Shown here piece by piece: positions 19,527 through 30,787 of a DNA stretch of 64,000 bases. The notes under the pieces are model-generated. The model was not told where the DNA came from, did no database searches, and saw nothing but the letters and a program-made list of their open reading frames with translations. The stretch is taken from contig CAJMLH010000005.1 of assembly GCA_905214195.1 (NCBI GenBank), forward strand, positions 315 to 64,314, in the 5' to 3' direction. The first letter of the stretch is position 1; each line of letters opens with the position of its first letter. A program made the translations under genes and the position numbers. This DNA comes from an uncultured bacterium (GTDB lineage: Bacteria; Bacillota; Clostridia; Peptostreptococcales; Anaerovoracaceae).

Positions 19527-21734
19527 ATGAGTCGGACAGTCAAACGAGTACTGGCAGCTTTGGTACTTGTAATTACAGTTTTTGCATGGTATGTCAGCAT
19601 ATTTGGCATAGGTTCGTTTAATTCTGCCAAGGACGCTTTAAAATACGGCCTTGACATCAATGGCGGCGTATATGTTGTAATGGAAGCTCAGACAGATCTT
19701 GAGGGTGAAGAACTTAAGAAGCTGATGGATCAGACAAGAGCAGTTCTGGATAATCGTGTAAACCAAATGGGTGTTGCCGAATCCTCAGTGACAATAGAAG
19801 GAGATAAGAGAATAAGAGTTGAGATACCGGGAGCAGAAGATGCCGAAGAAGCCATAAAAGCTGTCGGTAAAACAGCCCAGCTTAAGTTCGTGCTTGCTGA
19901 CGGCAGTCTTGTGCTTGACGGAAGTCATGTTAAAGATGCACAGATTGCAACAGACGGTTCTAACTACAAGATAGAGCTGGAATTTGACAAGCAGGGAACG
20001 ACTCTGTTTGAAGAAGGAACTAAAACAGCCATAAGCAAGACGGTAACGCCTACTATAGATGGTATGGCTTCAGACCAGATTGCAATCGTACTTGACGATG
20101 AAATCGTAGTTCATCCAAATGTAATGAATGTAATATCAGGCGGACAATGTGAAATTACAGGCGGTTACAGCAAAGAAGAGGCTTCAACCACAGCTGCACT
20201 TATAAGAGGCGGTGCGCTTCCTGTAGACTTGGTTGAAGTACAGTCGTCAGTTCAGGCGGCTTCAATTGGAGCAGACGCACTGGACAAGTCCATAATTGCA
20301 GGCGCTATAGGTATAGGACTCATCTTTATTATGATGATATTGTTCTACGGACTTTTGGGTCTTGTAGCAGATATAGCTCTCATGCTTTATGTTGCTATGT
20401 TTATATGGTCAATGTCATTGCTTGATGTAGTTCTTACACTTCCGGGAATAGCAGCTTTAATACTGTCAATAGGTATGGCAGTAGATGCCAATGTAATAAT
20501 ATTTGCAAGAATAAAAGAAGAAATATGTGCAGGAAAGAGTATAAGAGTTTCTGTTCAGGCAGGGTTTAAAAACGCTTTGACTACCGTTCTTGATGCACAG
20601 ATAACTACCCTTATAGCCGCAGTAGTTCTTTACGAAGTAGGTACTACTTCCGTAAAGGGATTTGCACTGACATTGATAATAGGTATAGTAATAAGTATAT
20701 TTACAGCCGTAATAATTACTCAGCTGTTTATATCTCTTCTTGCTGAAAGCAAAAAATTCTCTCAAAATAAATATTTCGGTGTTAATGATGACGGAACGCC
20801 TAAACAATTTCTGAACAAAACTTTCTGCTTTATAAAAAACAGAAAAGTATTTTATGCAATAAGTGCAGGAATAATAATATTGGGATTAGTCTTTACTTTC
20901 ATTAGAGGACTTAATTACGGAATAGACTTTACAGGCGGAACCATGATTCAGGTTGATTTGCATAAACAGGTGGAGATTTCCGATGTGGAAGATGCCATAG
21001 ACAAATATAAACTTAATCCGTCGATAATATATTCAGGAGAAAACAACGAACAGGTTGTTATCAAAACTATAGAATCCCTTGATAACGAAGAGCGTGCAGA
21101 GGTTATAGGTACACTTGAAGAAGAGTTTGGAATCAGCGATAAAGATGTTCTTGCTTCTGAACAGTTTGGCCCTTCCGTTGGAGACGAGCTTAAACTTAAC
21201 GCCATAAAGGCGGTATTGATAGCCTCAGTCGGAATGCTCATATACATTATTTTTAGGTTTAAGTCATGGAAGTATGGATTTTCTGCTATCGCAGGAGTAG
21301 TTCACGATGTACTTATTGTCATAGCATTTTATGGCATATTCGGCTTTACTGTAAATAATCCGTTCATAGCGGCAATTCTTACATTAGTTGGATATTCGAT
21401 AAATGATACGATAGTTATATTCGACAGAATAAGAGAAAACAAGCGTCTTTACAGAAAAGACGGAAGCGAGGTTAATATAGATCGCAGTATAAACAGCACT
21501 TTAAACAGAACTATAATGACTTCACTGACTACCCTGATAGTAATGGTGCCTCTGTGCATAATGGTTTCATCTTCCATAAGGGAATTTATAATTCCGCTGA
21601 TGATAGGTGTAATAGTGGGATGTTATTCTTCAATATTTATTTGCAGTCCTATATACTACGAATTATGTAAGGGCAGCGAAGAATCAAAGTATGTGAAACA
21701 AATAAAAAGCAAAAACAAGAAAAACAAGAAATAA
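19527..21734 (+). CDS. secDF: protein translocase subunit SecDF (fused SecD-SecF)
   Basis: 735 aa with a SecD periplasmic domain followed by two RND-like 6-TM bundles. Confidence 0.9.
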   Translation: MSRTVKRVLAALVLVITVFAWYVSIFGIGSFNSAKDALKYGLDINGGVYVVMEAQTDLEGEELKKLMDQTRAVLDNRVNQMGVAESSVTIEGDKRIRVEIPGAEDAEEAIKAVGKTAQLKFVLADGSLVLDGSHVKDAQIATDGSNYKIELEFDKQGTTLFEEGTKTAISKTVTPTIDGMASDQIAIVLDDEIVVHPNVMNVISGGQCEITGGYSKEEASTTAALIRGGALPVDLVEVQSSVQAASIGADALDKSIIAGAIGIGLIFIMMILFYGLLGLVADIALMLYVAMFIWSMSLLDVVLTLPGIAALILSIGMAVDANVIIFARIKEEICAGKSIRVSVQAGFKNALTTVLDAQITTLIAAVVLYEVGTTSVKGFALTLIIGIVISIFTAVIITQLFISLLAESKKFSQNKYFGVNDDGTPKQFLNKTFCFIKNRKVFYAISAGIIILGLVFTFIRGLNYGIDFTGGTMIQVDLHKQVEISDVEDAIDKYKLNPSIIYSGENNEQVVIKTIESLDNEERAEVIGTLEEEFGISDKDVLASEQFGPSVGDELKLNAIKAVLIASVGMLIYIIFRFKSWKYGFSAIAGVVHDVLIVIAFYGIFGFTVNNPFIAAILTLVGYSINDTIVIFDRIRENKRLYRKDGSEVNIDRSINSTLNRTIMTSLTTLIVMVPLCIMVSSSIREFIIPLMIGVIVGCYSSIFICSPIYYELCKGSEESKYVKQIKSKNKKNKK

Positions 21735-21749
21735 CTACAGGAGTTTTAT

Positions 21750-23957
21750 TTGATGGAAAGCAAAGCGGAATTTTTACAGGAAATACTGAACATAAATTCT
21801 AAATACAACACCGACTTGATTGGAAAGGCTTATGATAAGGGCAAAGATCTGCATGATGGACAGCTCAGAAAAAGCGGAGAGCCTTACTTTATTCATCCCA
21901 TAAATGTGGCAATAATACTTGCCCAGCTTGGAATGGATGAAGCTACAATTATCGGTGGGCTTTTGCATGATGTGGTAGAAGATACGGAATATACCAGGGA
22001 GCAGCTGGTTTCAGATTTTGGAGAAGAAATAGCCTTACTTGTGGATGGCGTTACAAAATTAGGTACCATAAAATTTGAATCTAAAGAAGAAATACAGGCA
22101 GAAAATTTCAGAAAAATGTTTCTTGCCATGTCCAAAGACATAAGAGTTTTAATAATTAAATTAGCCGACCGACTTCATAATATGCGAACCATAGAGTTTA
22201 TGAAGCCGTCCAAGATAGAAGAAAAGTGTAAAGAAACTCTTGAAATATATGCACCTTTGGCCAGCAGACTTGGTATTTCTACCGTTAAATTTGAACTTGA
22301 GGATATAGCTCTTAAATATCTTCATCCCGAAGAGTTCAGAGATCTCCAAGAAAAGGTAAGTCTAAGAAGGTCACAGCGTGAAGCTACCATAAATACCGTA
22401 ATTGGGGAAATCAAAGAATCTTTGGATGATATGGATCTCAAATATGAAATTTACGGCAGAGCAAAACATTTTTACAGCATATATAAGAAAATGAAATATC
22501 AAAAGAAACAGATAGATGAGATATTCGATTTGATAGCTGTAAGAATAATAGTGGATACAGTTAAGGACTGCTATGCGGTTCTTGGAATAGTACACACTAT
22601 GTGGAAGCCTATTCCGGGCAGATTTAAGGACTATATAGCCATGCCTAAGCCTAATATGTATCAATCACTGCATACAACAGTGATAGGCGACAGCGGCGAA
22701 CCTTTTGAAATTCAAATAAGAACTCATGAGATGCATGAAGTTGCGGAATATGGTATTGCGGCTCACTGGAAGTACAAAGAAGGCGACACTTCCGGCAATG
22801 CATCTACAGATGATATAAAATTAGCTTGGCTCAGACAATCCCTTGAGTGGCAAAAGGATATAAACGACCCTAAAGTATTCTTGGAAACTATGAAAATGGA
22901 CTTATTTGCTACCCAGGTGTTTGTATTTACGCCGAGAGGAGATGTTATAGAATTGCCTGCCGGTTCAACTCCTCTTGATTTTGCGTTTAAAATCCATTCT
23001 GCAATAGGTTGTAAATGCGTAGGGGCAAAAGTTAACGGTAAAATGGTTACCATAGACCACACTCTTCAAAACGGAGATATAGTCGAAATAGTGACTTCTG
23101 CAAACTCCAGCGGCCCGAGCGTAGACTGGCTCAAGATAGCCAAAAGTTCCAATGCAAGAAATAAGATAAGAGGATGGCTGAAAAAGGAGAACAAATCAGA
23201 TAACATAGATAAAGGTAAAGATTTGCTTGATAAGTCCATAAGAAAAAAAGGATACGATCCGGCCTTATGTGCTAAGTCATCTTATATAAACAAAGCTATG
23301 AAAGCAATGAATTTTGCCAATAATGACGAGGGCTTTGCCCAGCTTGCAGGCGGCGGCTCGTTGATGAGTAAATTCTGCAATCTTTTATTCTCTTATTATA
23401 ACGAGGATAACAAGATAGAAAACAAAACAGATGAAGCTGTTTTAGAGGACATTAAGGCTTCAGAAGCAAAGCGTCAAAAAGCAGCAGAGCATCGCAAAAA
23501 AGAAAGTCCCGGCGTAATAGTAAAAGGTACTGATAATCTTATGATAAAGCTGGCTCGCTGTTGTAATCCTGTTCCCGGTGATGATATAGTAGGCTTTATA
23601 ACTAAAGGGCGAGGCATTTCCGTTCACAGAAAGGATTGCTCCAATGTAACAAATTTGCCTGACCACGAAAAAGCGAGATTTATTGAGGTAGAGTGGGAAG
23701 ATTTAAAGGTAGGCAAATCTTACGATGCCGACATCTGTATTATAGGCAGCGACAGAAAAGGAATATTATCGGATATTTCAAGAGTCTGCGAAGATATGGA
23801 CATTCATCTTTCAGGTGTAAACGCAAAGACCGGCAGAGACGGCACTTTGACCATGACTATAACATTATCAATTTCCAGCACCCAGGAAATGCAAAAGGTT
23901 CTCAGAAACCTGAGAAATATAGAAGGAATATCTCAGGTATACAGAGCAAAAGCATAA
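21750..23957 (+). CDS. relA: bifunctional (p)ppGpp synthetase/hydrolase RelA/SpoT
   Basis: 735 aa with HD hydrolase, synthetase, TGS and ACT regions. It sits in the conserved relA-dtd context. Confidence 0.9.
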   Translation: MMESKAEFLQEILNINSKYNTDLIGKAYDKGKDLHDGQLRKSGEPYFIHPINVAIILAQLGMDEATIIGGLLHDVVEDTEYTREQLVSDFGEEIALLVDGVTKLGTIKFESKEEIQAENFRKMFLAMSKDIRVLIIKLADRLHNMRTIEFMKPSKIEEKCKETLEIYAPLASRLGISTVKFELEDIALKYLHPEEFRDLQEKVSLRRSQREATINTVIGEIKESLDDMDLKYEIYGRAKHFYSIYKKMKYQKKQIDEIFDLIAVRIIVDTVKDCYAVLGIVHTMWKPIPGRFKDYIAMPKPNMYQSLHTTVIGDSGEPFEIQIRTHEMHEVAEYGIAAHWKYKEGDTSGNASTDDIKLAWLRQSLEWQKDINDPKVFLETMKMDLFATQVFVFTPRGDVIELPAGSTPLDFAFKIHSAIGCKCVGAKVNGKMVTIDHTLQNGDIVEIVTSANSSGPSVDWLKIAKSSNARNKIRGWLKKENKSDNIDKGKDLLDKSIRKKGYDPALCAKSSYINKAMKAMNFANNDEGFAQLAGGGSLMSKFCNLLFSYYNEDNKIENKTDEAVLEDIKASEAKRQKAAEHRKKESPGVIVKGTDNLMIKLARCCNPVPGDDIVGFITKGRGISVHRKDCSNVTNLPDHEKARFIEVEWEDLKVGKSYDADICIIGSDRKGILSDISRVCEDMDIHLSGVNAKTGRDGTLTMTITLSISSTQEMQKVLRNLRNIEGISQVYRAKA

Positions 23958-23989
23958 TATAAGACAAAATAAGATAAGACAGGAGTAAT

Positions 23990-24439
23990 ATGCGAGCAGT
24001 AGTACAGAGAGTTACAGAAGCGGATGTAACAGTTGATAACAAAAAAACAGGTGCGATACAGCAGGGACTCGTAGTGTTTTTAGGAGTTGAAGATAACGAC
24101 ACTGAAGCCGATGCTGCTTATATGGCAGATAAAATATCGGGACTGAGAATTTTTGAGGACGAAAACGAAAAACTCAATCTTTCAGTCAAGGATGTCTCAG
24201 GAAAAATTCTTGCAGTATCTCAATTTACACTTTTGGGTGATGTAAGAAAAGGAAAAAGACCAAGCTTTTCTCATGCGGCACCTCCCGAAGAAGCAAATAG
24301 ATTGTACAGATATTTTATTGATTTGGTAAAAAAGGAAAATATAGAAGTAGAGGAAGGAATATTCCGTGCAGATATGATGGTGAGAATTTACAATGACGGA
24401 CCTGTAACCATACTGCTGGATAGCCGAAAATTGTTTTAG
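23990..24439 (+). CDS. dtd: D-aminoacyl-tRNA deacylase
   Basis: 149 aa starting MRAVVQRV..., with the SQFTL motif. Confidence 0.9.
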   Translation: MRAVVQRVTEADVTVDNKKTGAIQQGLVVFLGVEDNDTEADAAYMADKISGLRIFEDENEKLNLSVKDVSGKILAVSQFTLLGDVRKGKRPSFSHAAPPEEANRLYRYFIDLVKKENIEVEEGIFRADMMVRIYNDGPVTILLDSRKLF

Positions 24440-24453
24440 GAGAATACAAGAAA

Positions 24454-25074
24454 ATGAAAATCAAACATTATTTAACCGGGCCTTTACAGGTAAATACTTA
24501 TCTTGCCTATGATGAGACGACCAAAAAAGGTTTTATAGTTGACCCCGGCGGATATGAAAGCCGCCTTACCGATGATACAGAAAAAGAACACATAGAAGTG
24601 GAATATATAATATTAACCCATGGTCATGGTGACCATATAGGGGGAGTGGCAAGATTTAAGCAGGATTTCCCGGGAGCAAAGGTTATAGCATATCAAGATG
24701 AAATTGAAATGCTTCAAAACCCTAATTTGAATACTTCAGTTGAAATGTTTGGACATCCTGTTACAGTTGAACCCGACATCCTTGTCAGGGATAATCAGGA
24801 TCTCAAAATAGGAAATATGACTTTGACATTTCTTCACACACCGGGTCATACCAAAGGCGGAATGTGTATATATGCAGACGGTTGTCTGTTCAGCGGAGAT
24901 ACTCTTTTCCGCTATTCCATAGGACGCACCGACTTTTACGGCGGAGACTACAGAATAATTAAAAATTCAATCAGAGACAGGCTCTATGTGCTTCCGGATG
25001 ATACAGCAGTTTTTCCGGGACATATGGGGGCAACAACTATAGGAGAAGAAAAACGAGGAAATCCATTTGTATAA
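24454..25074 (+). CDS. MBL-fold metallo-hydrolase (glyoxalase II-like)
   Basis: Contains the THGHGDHIGG metal-binding motif. Confidence 0.8.
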   Translation: MKIKHYLTGPLQVNTYLAYDETTKKGFIVDPGGYESRLTDDTEKEHIEVEYIILTHGHGDHIGGVARFKQDFPGAKVIAYQDEIEMLQNPNLNTSVEMFGHPVTVEPDILVRDNQDLKIGNMTLTFLHTPGHTKGGMCIYADGCLFSGDTLFRYSIGRTDFYGGDYRIIKNSIRDRLYVLPDDTAVFPGHMGATTIGEEKRGNPFV

Positions 25075-26449
25075 TATCATTATAAATAACATAAACGATA
25101 AATACGATTATAATGAGCTGATAAAGATTTTTCTAAATCCCAATGAGTACAAACTTTTCATGAAAAACGAATATGAATGTTCTCATGATGAAAACGATAT
25201 CATAATTGAGTTTAATAATGAATGTTTTAATGAGAAAAATCAAATCAAAAGAGAAATTTATCAAGGACTTTGCAAGGTGACCGGGATAACACCTCCGTGG
25301 GGAATACTCACAGGAGTAAGACCGGTTAAACTGACAAGAGAATTATTTGAAAAATACAAGTCCTATGAAAAAGTAACTGAAAAATTAAAGCAATTTTATC
25401 TTCTAAGCGAAGAAAAAGCAAAGCTTCTGATGGACATATATAAATATCAGCAAGATTTTTTAGGTTCGGCGGACGAAAATTCAATAAGCATTTATATAGG
25501 CATACCGTTTTGTCCTACAAGATGTCTTTACTGTTCTTTTACATCCAATCAGCAAGGCCCGGAAGAAATAAAAAAATATTTAGATACTTTGATTGAGGAA
25601 ATCAAGTTTGCCGGAGATGCTTTGAAAAAATCAGGGAAATACATAGAATCGGTTTATATCGGAGGGGGAACACCCACCACGCTGAATGAAAAACAGCTTG
25701 ACATGCTGCTGCAAGAAATTGAAAAATCTTTTGACCTTTCAAAGATTAAAGAATTTACCGTTGAAGCGGGTCGTCCCGATACGATAACGGCCGAAAAATT
25801 AAAAGTAATATCAGGTCACGGAATAAAAAGAATAAGCATAAATCCTCAGACAATGAAAGATAAGACGCTTAAACTTATAGGTCGCTCACACAGTGTAGAT
25901 GATATAAGAAATGCATTTAATACGGCATTTAATACAGATAATTTTATAATAAATGCAGATGTAATAGCAGGTCTTCCTGAAGAAACACCCAAAGACTTTG
26001 AAAACACCCTTAAAGAGATTATATCTCTTAATCCTGCTAATATAACTGTTCATACACTTGCTGTCAAAAGAGCTTCAAGACTAATTGAAAGCGATGCCGA
26101 CTATCATTATAAACAAGCTGAAACAGTTAAAAAAATGCTTGATATTTCACGGGACGCAATGAAAGAGGCAGGGTACAGACCTTATTACCTCTATCGTCAA
26201 AAACACATGGCAGGAGCTATGGAAAATGTAGGGTACTGTAAAGACGATACGCCATGCATATACAACATACGCATAATGGATGAAAACCAAAGCATTTTAG
26301 CTCTTGGTGCAGGCGCTATAAGTAAGAAGTATTATCCAAAAGAAAACAGGTTGGAACGAGTTCCCAATGTTTCCAACTATCAGATTTATATAGAACGAAT
26401 CGAAGAAATGAAAGAGAGAAAAAACGAAAAATTTTTTAAGGAGGCATAA
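25067..26449 (+). CDS. radical SAM protein, HemN/HemZ-like coproporphyrinogen dehydrogenase family
   Basis: CPTRCLYCSF CxxxCxxC motif preceded by a roughly 120-aa N-terminal extension, as in HemZ. Confidence 0.7.
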   Translation: MYNIIINNINDKYDYNELIKIFLNPNEYKLFMKNEYECSHDENDIIIEFNNECFNEKNQIKREIYQGLCKVTGITPPWGILTGVRPVKLTRELFEKYKSYEKVTEKLKQFYLLSEEKAKLLMDIYKYQQDFLGSADENSISIYIGIPFCPTRCLYCSFTSNQQGPEEIKKYLDTLIEEIKFAGDALKKSGKYIESVYIGGGTPTTLNEKQLDMLLQEIEKSFDLSKIKEFTVEAGRPDTITAEKLKVISGHGIKRISINPQTMKDKTLKLIGRSHSVDDIRNAFNTAFNTDNFIINADVIAGLPEETPKDFENTLKEIISLNPANITVHTLAVKRASRLIESDADYHYKQAETVKKMLDISRDAMKEAGYRPYYLYRQKHMAGAMENVGYCKDDTPCIYNIRIMDENQSILALGAGAISKKYYPKENRLERVPNVSNYQIYIERIEEMKERKNEKFFKEA

Positions 26450-26451
26450 AA

Positions 26452-27705
26452 GTGTTAACTAACGCACCTAAAGGAACGAAAGATTTATTACCTTCACAAG
26501 CGTATAAATGGCACTATGTGGAGAAAAAATTTGCCGAAATATGCAAAAACTATGGATTCAAAGAAATAAGAACTCCGATGTTTGAACATACGGAAGTATT
26601 TGCAAGAGGAATAGGCGATACTACCGATGTTGTTCAAAAAGAGATGTATACCTTTAACGATCATGGTAACAGAAGTATTACACTTAAGCCGGAAGGCACC
26701 TCAGGTGCAGTAAGAGCTTTTATTGAACATAAACAATATGCGGAAGTTCAGCCTACAAAATATTATTATAATACCGACTGCTTCCGGTATGAAAAGCCTC
26801 AATCCGGAAGACTTAGACATTTTCATCAGTTTGGAATAGAAGTTTTCGGCACTCCTAATATGCTTGCCGACTCAGAAGTAATATGTCTTGCAAATGATTT
26901 TCTAAACGAGCTGGGGATAAAAGAAATCGAGCTTAGAATCAACAGCGTGGGATGTCCGGAATGCAGAAAGAATCATAGAGAGGCATTAAAGGCATTTCTT
27001 GAGCCTCACTATGACCAACTGTGCAATACCTGTAAGGACAGATACGGCAGAAATCCGATGAGAATCCTCGACTGCAAATCTGAAATATGTCAGAGCATAG
27101 TTAAAGATGCTCCAAGAATGATAGATTATCTTTGTGATGACTGCAAAAATGCCTTTGAAGAGCTTAAAAGCAACCTTACAGCTATGGGAATAGATTATAA
27201 AGTAGACCCCAACATAGTACGAGGCCTTGACTATTATACTAAGACTGCTTTTGAATTTGTAACCACAAGCATAGGTGCGCAAGGAACAGTATGCGGCGGG
27301 GGAAGATACGACCACCTTATTGAAGAATTGGGAGGTCCTCCGATTCCGGGAGTAGGTTTCGGCCTTGGAATAGAAAGGCTTCTTCTTCTTATGGAAGCAT
27401 GTAATGCTCCTTTCCCTGACGACGATAATGTAGATGTATTCATTGCAGTTATGGGAGACAGAGCCAAAGCTTTCGGGCTTAAACTTTGCAGAGAACTGAG
27501 ACAAAAGGGCATAGCCGCCGAAATGGATACCCTTGCAAGAAACATAAAAGGTCAGTTCAAATATGCAGACAGGCTTAATGCAAAATATACTCTTGTAATC
27601 GGTGAAAATGAACTTGAAAAGGGTGTGGTATCCCTTAAGGATATGAGGAAATCACAGCAGCGAGAAATAAAATTAGACGATATATTTGAAGAAATTGTTA
27701 AATAG
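26452..27705 (+). CDS. hisS: histidine--tRNA ligase
   Basis: GTG start, 417 aa, class II aaRS motifs (GTKDLLP, RYEKPQSGRLRHFHQ). Confidence 0.9.
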   Translation: MLTNAPKGTKDLLPSQAYKWHYVEKKFAEICKNYGFKEIRTPMFEHTEVFARGIGDTTDVVQKEMYTFNDHGNRSITLKPEGTSGAVRAFIEHKQYAEVQPTKYYYNTDCFRYEKPQSGRLRHFHQFGIEVFGTPNMLADSEVICLANDFLNELGIKEIELRINSVGCPECRKNHREALKAFLEPHYDQLCNTCKDRYGRNPMRILDCKSEICQSIVKDAPRMIDYLCDDCKNAFEELKSNLTAMGIDYKVDPNIVRGLDYYTKTAFEFVTTSIGAQGTVCGGGRYDHLIEELGGPPIPGVGFGLGIERLLLLMEACNAPFPDDDNVDVFIAVMGDRAKAFGLKLCRELRQKGIAAEMDTLARNIKGQFKYADRLNAKYTLVIGENELEKGVVSLKDMRKSQQREIKLDDIFEEIVK

Positions 27706-27720
27706 GAGAAGAATCAAAAG

Positions 27721-29484
27721 ATGAGCACTTTATTAAAAAGAACCCATATGTGTGGAGAACTTCGTATTTCCGATGAGGGGCAGCATGTAGTTTTAAACGG
27801 ATGGGTATCAAAACGCAGAAATCTGGGAGGCCTTATATTTGTAGACCTTAGAGATAAAACAGGAATAGTACAGGTAACTTTTGACGATAATATTCCGGCA
27901 GAACTGTTTGAAAAAGCTGACAGCCTCAGAAGCGAATATGTAATAGGTATAAGCGGAACTGTAAAAGAGCGTACTGCCAAGAATGGAAATATTGCAACAG
28001 GTGATATAGAAGTATTCGCAGACAATCTTATCATTTATTCAGAAGCTGATACACCTCCTATATATATTAAGGATGATGACAATGTAGACGATAATCTCAG
28101 ACTTAAATACAGATACCTTGATTTAAGAAAAATGAAGATGCAAAAAAACCTTACTTTCCGTCATAAAGTAACTAAACTTGTCAGAGACTATTTTGACGAA
28201 AATGGTTTTACTGAAGTGGAAACTCCTATGTTGATCAAATCCACACCTGAAGGAGCCAGAGACTATGTTGTTCCAAGCAGAGTATATCCGGGTTCTTTTT
28301 ATGCACTGCCACAGTCGCCTCAGTTATTCAAACAGCTTCTTATGGTTGGCGGAACCGACAGATATATGCAGATTGTCAAATGTTTCAGAGATGAAGACCT
28401 GCGTGCTGACAGACAGCCTGAGTTTACTCAAATCGACCTTGAGATGTCTTTTGTTGACATGGACGATGTAATTGAAATGCAAGAAGGCTTACTAAAAAAG
28501 CTTTTTAAAGAATTGATGAATGTAGACATCAAAACTCCACTCCCAAGGTTAACATGGCATGAAGCAATGGAACGATATGGCTCGGACAAGCCTGATACAA
28601 GATTTGGATTTGAACTGAAAAAGCTAAATGATGTTGTTTCAGGTTGTGAATTTAAAGTATTTACAGATGCTCTTGCCGCAGGAGGAGATGTAAGAGGAAT
28701 CTGCATAGACGGAGGAAGTGAACATTTCAGCAGAAAAGATATAGATAAGCTTACAGAAGCTGCTAAAAGTTATGGGGCAAAAGGTCTTGTATGGCTGAGA
28801 GTAGGGGATGGAGAATTCAACTCTTCAGTAAACAAATTCTTCAATCAGGAACAATTAAGAGAAATAGCGTCAGTATTTGAGGCAAAACAGGGAGACTTGA
28901 TTCTGATAGTATCAGACAAGAGTAAGGTAGTATTTGATACTCTTGGTTTCCTTAGAAGAGAAATAGCAAAGAGAATGGGACTTTTGGACGATAAAGTATT
29001 CAATCTCCTCTGGGTTGTGGATTTTCCGCTGTTTGAAAAGGATGATGAAACAGGTGAACTTAAAGCTATGCATCATCCATTTACTTCACCTAAGGAAGAG
29101 CAGCTTGATATGCTTGAAACCAATCCGGAAAAAGTTCTTGCCAACGCTTATGATATAGTTCTCAACGGTGTTGAGCTTGGCGGCGGTTCCATAAGAATAC
29201 ATGACAAAAATATACAAAACAGAATGTTTAAGGCCTTGGGACTTACACAAGAAGAGTGCGAAGAAAAATTCGGATTCCTTATAGAAGCCTTTAAGTACGG
29301 AGCTCCGCCTCACGGAGGACTGGCATACGGTCTTGACAGAATGGTAATGCTGCTTCTTGGAGAGTCTTCTATCAGAGAAGTTATGGCATTCCCTAAGAAC
29401 CAGAATGCACAATGTCTTGTAAGTGATGCACCTGCTCCAATAGACGAAGCCCAGCTTGAAGAATTAAGAATAAAAGCAGAATAA
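27721..29484 (+). CDS. aspS: aspartate--tRNA ligase
   Basis: 587 aa with an OB-fold N-terminus, FRDEDLRADRQPEFTQID and a GLDR C-terminal motif. Confidence 0.95.
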   Translation: MSTLLKRTHMCGELRISDEGQHVVLNGWVSKRRNLGGLIFVDLRDKTGIVQVTFDDNIPAELFEKADSLRSEYVIGISGTVKERTAKNGNIATGDIEVFADNLIIYSEADTPPIYIKDDDNVDDNLRLKYRYLDLRKMKMQKNLTFRHKVTKLVRDYFDENGFTEVETPMLIKSTPEGARDYVVPSRVYPGSFYALPQSPQLFKQLLMVGGTDRYMQIVKCFRDEDLRADRQPEFTQIDLEMSFVDMDDVIEMQEGLLKKLFKELMNVDIKTPLPRLTWHEAMERYGSDKPDTRFGFELKKLNDVVSGCEFKVFTDALAAGGDVRGICIDGGSEHFSRKDIDKLTEAAKSYGAKGLVWLRVGDGEFNSSVNKFFNQEQLREIASVFEAKQGDLILIVSDKSKVVFDTLGFLRREIAKRMGLLDDKVFNLLWVVDFPLFEKDDETGELKAMHHPFTSPKEEQLDMLETNPEKVLANAYDIVLNGVELGGGSIRIHDKNIQNRMFKALGLTQEECEEKFGFLIEAFKYGAPPHGGLAYGLDRMVMLLLGESSIREVMAFPKNQNAQCLVSDAPAPIDEAQLEELRIKAE

Positions 29485-29509
29485 CAAAGACTTCATCAGG
29501 AGGAGCAAA

Positions 29510-30787
29510 ATGGGAAATATATGCAGAAACTGCGGCAAAAAAATTTCTTTTATGGATAACTATTACACCATGAGTTATACCGGTACTGTTTTTTGTCAGC
29601 AATGCAGCAAAGAAATAATAGCTCTCTTACAACCGGTTCACTTGCTAAGCAGCAGTAAAAGTTCACATCAGATTGAAGATGAATTTCACCAAAACCTTGC
29701 AAAATCCGGTTTCGATAATTCAATAAAAACTCTGATAGAAGATGAATTCAAAAATATTTTCGCAGAAAAGAAAAAAGCTTTATATGGCTGCCGTCGCAGT
29801 TTTCGCATAGGTTTTGAAGAAGCTCTCAATCTTGTAAAAGAAGCCGGAGAACGGCTGGGAAAATTAAAAAAAGAGCCTGATGTAATGAATATGGGCGAAA
29901 TTCATATTGCAACTTGCATATTTGAAAAATTTTATTTACGAAACGGCTCTTGGACTGCATTGATAGTTACTATAGTCAGCAACAATCAAGTATCATCCTT
30001 AATTGCTTCCGGAACAGGGGGAGGAACAGGCTTAATAAATGATAGCTGGGGTACAGAAGATGAGATAGAAGATACATTTTGGAAAAATTTAGAATCATTT
30101 TCAAGAAAACTTATCGAAAGTGAAATACCCTATGACGACTATTCAGTAACAGATTCTCTGCCCAATAATGATGTAAGTAAACCTAAATGCAGAATAGGAG
30201 TTTTGGGCGGAACTTTTGACCCTGTTCATTCTGCTCATGTCGCATTGGGTAAAGCGGCAATAGATGAACTTGAACTTCGCAAGTTGATAGTTATGCCTGC
30301 AAGAGTCCAACCCTTTAAGCAAGGAAAAAAGACAGCTGATGACATTCACAGAAAAACCATGGTAAAACTTGCATTTGCAGACTGCGATAATGTTGAAGTA
30401 TCTGATTATGAAATGAACAGAAGTTCCCTTTCATATACTATAAACACTTTGATGCATTTGAAGCATGAGTATCCGGAAGATGAAATATTCTTCATATCGG
30501 GAACAGATTCGTTTATTGAAATGGAACGGTGGTATCGCGGTAGTGAAATATTGAGTGGATTTTCATTTGCTGTCAGCATAAGACCCGGCTACAGGGAAGA
30601 TGAACTTAACAAAAAAATAGCAGAATACAGACAAAAATACCAATCAACCATTATTAAAATAAATGCAGATATGCCTCCGATATCTTCAACAAAAGTTCGG
30701 GAATATATATCTGCCGGAAAAATTATCTCGGACATGGTTCCGTCACAAGTAGAAAGGTATATAAGAGAAAATGATCTCTATAAGTAA
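29510..30787 (+). CDS. nadD: nicotinate-nucleotide adenylyltransferase with ~215-aa N-terminal Zn-ribbon-containing extension
   Basis: The C-terminal 205 aa are NadD (RIGVLGGTFDPVHSAHV...ISSTKVREYI). The N-terminus has CRNCGKK...FCQQCSK. There is a strong AGGAGG RBS at 29510 and no internal in-frame start near the NadD module. Confidence 0.8.
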   Translation: MGNICRNCGKKISFMDNYYTMSYTGTVFCQQCSKEIIALLQPVHLLSSSKSSHQIEDEFHQNLAKSGFDNSIKTLIEDEFKNIFAEKKKALYGCRRSFRIGFEEALNLVKEAGERLGKLKKEPDVMNMGEIHIATCIFEKFYLRNGSWTALIVTIVSNNQVSSLIASGTGGGTGLINDSWGTEDEIEDTFWKNLESFSRKLIESEIPYDDYSVTDSLPNNDVSKPKCRIGVLGGTFDPVHSAHVALGKAAIDELELRKLIVMPARVQPFKQGKKTADDIHRKTMVKLAFADCDNVEVSDYEMNRSSLSYTINTLMHLKHEYPEDEIFFISGTDSFIEMERWYRGSEILSGFSFAVSIRPGYREDELNKKIAEYRQKYQSTIIKINADMPPISSTKVREYISAGKIISDMVPSQVERYIRENDLYK

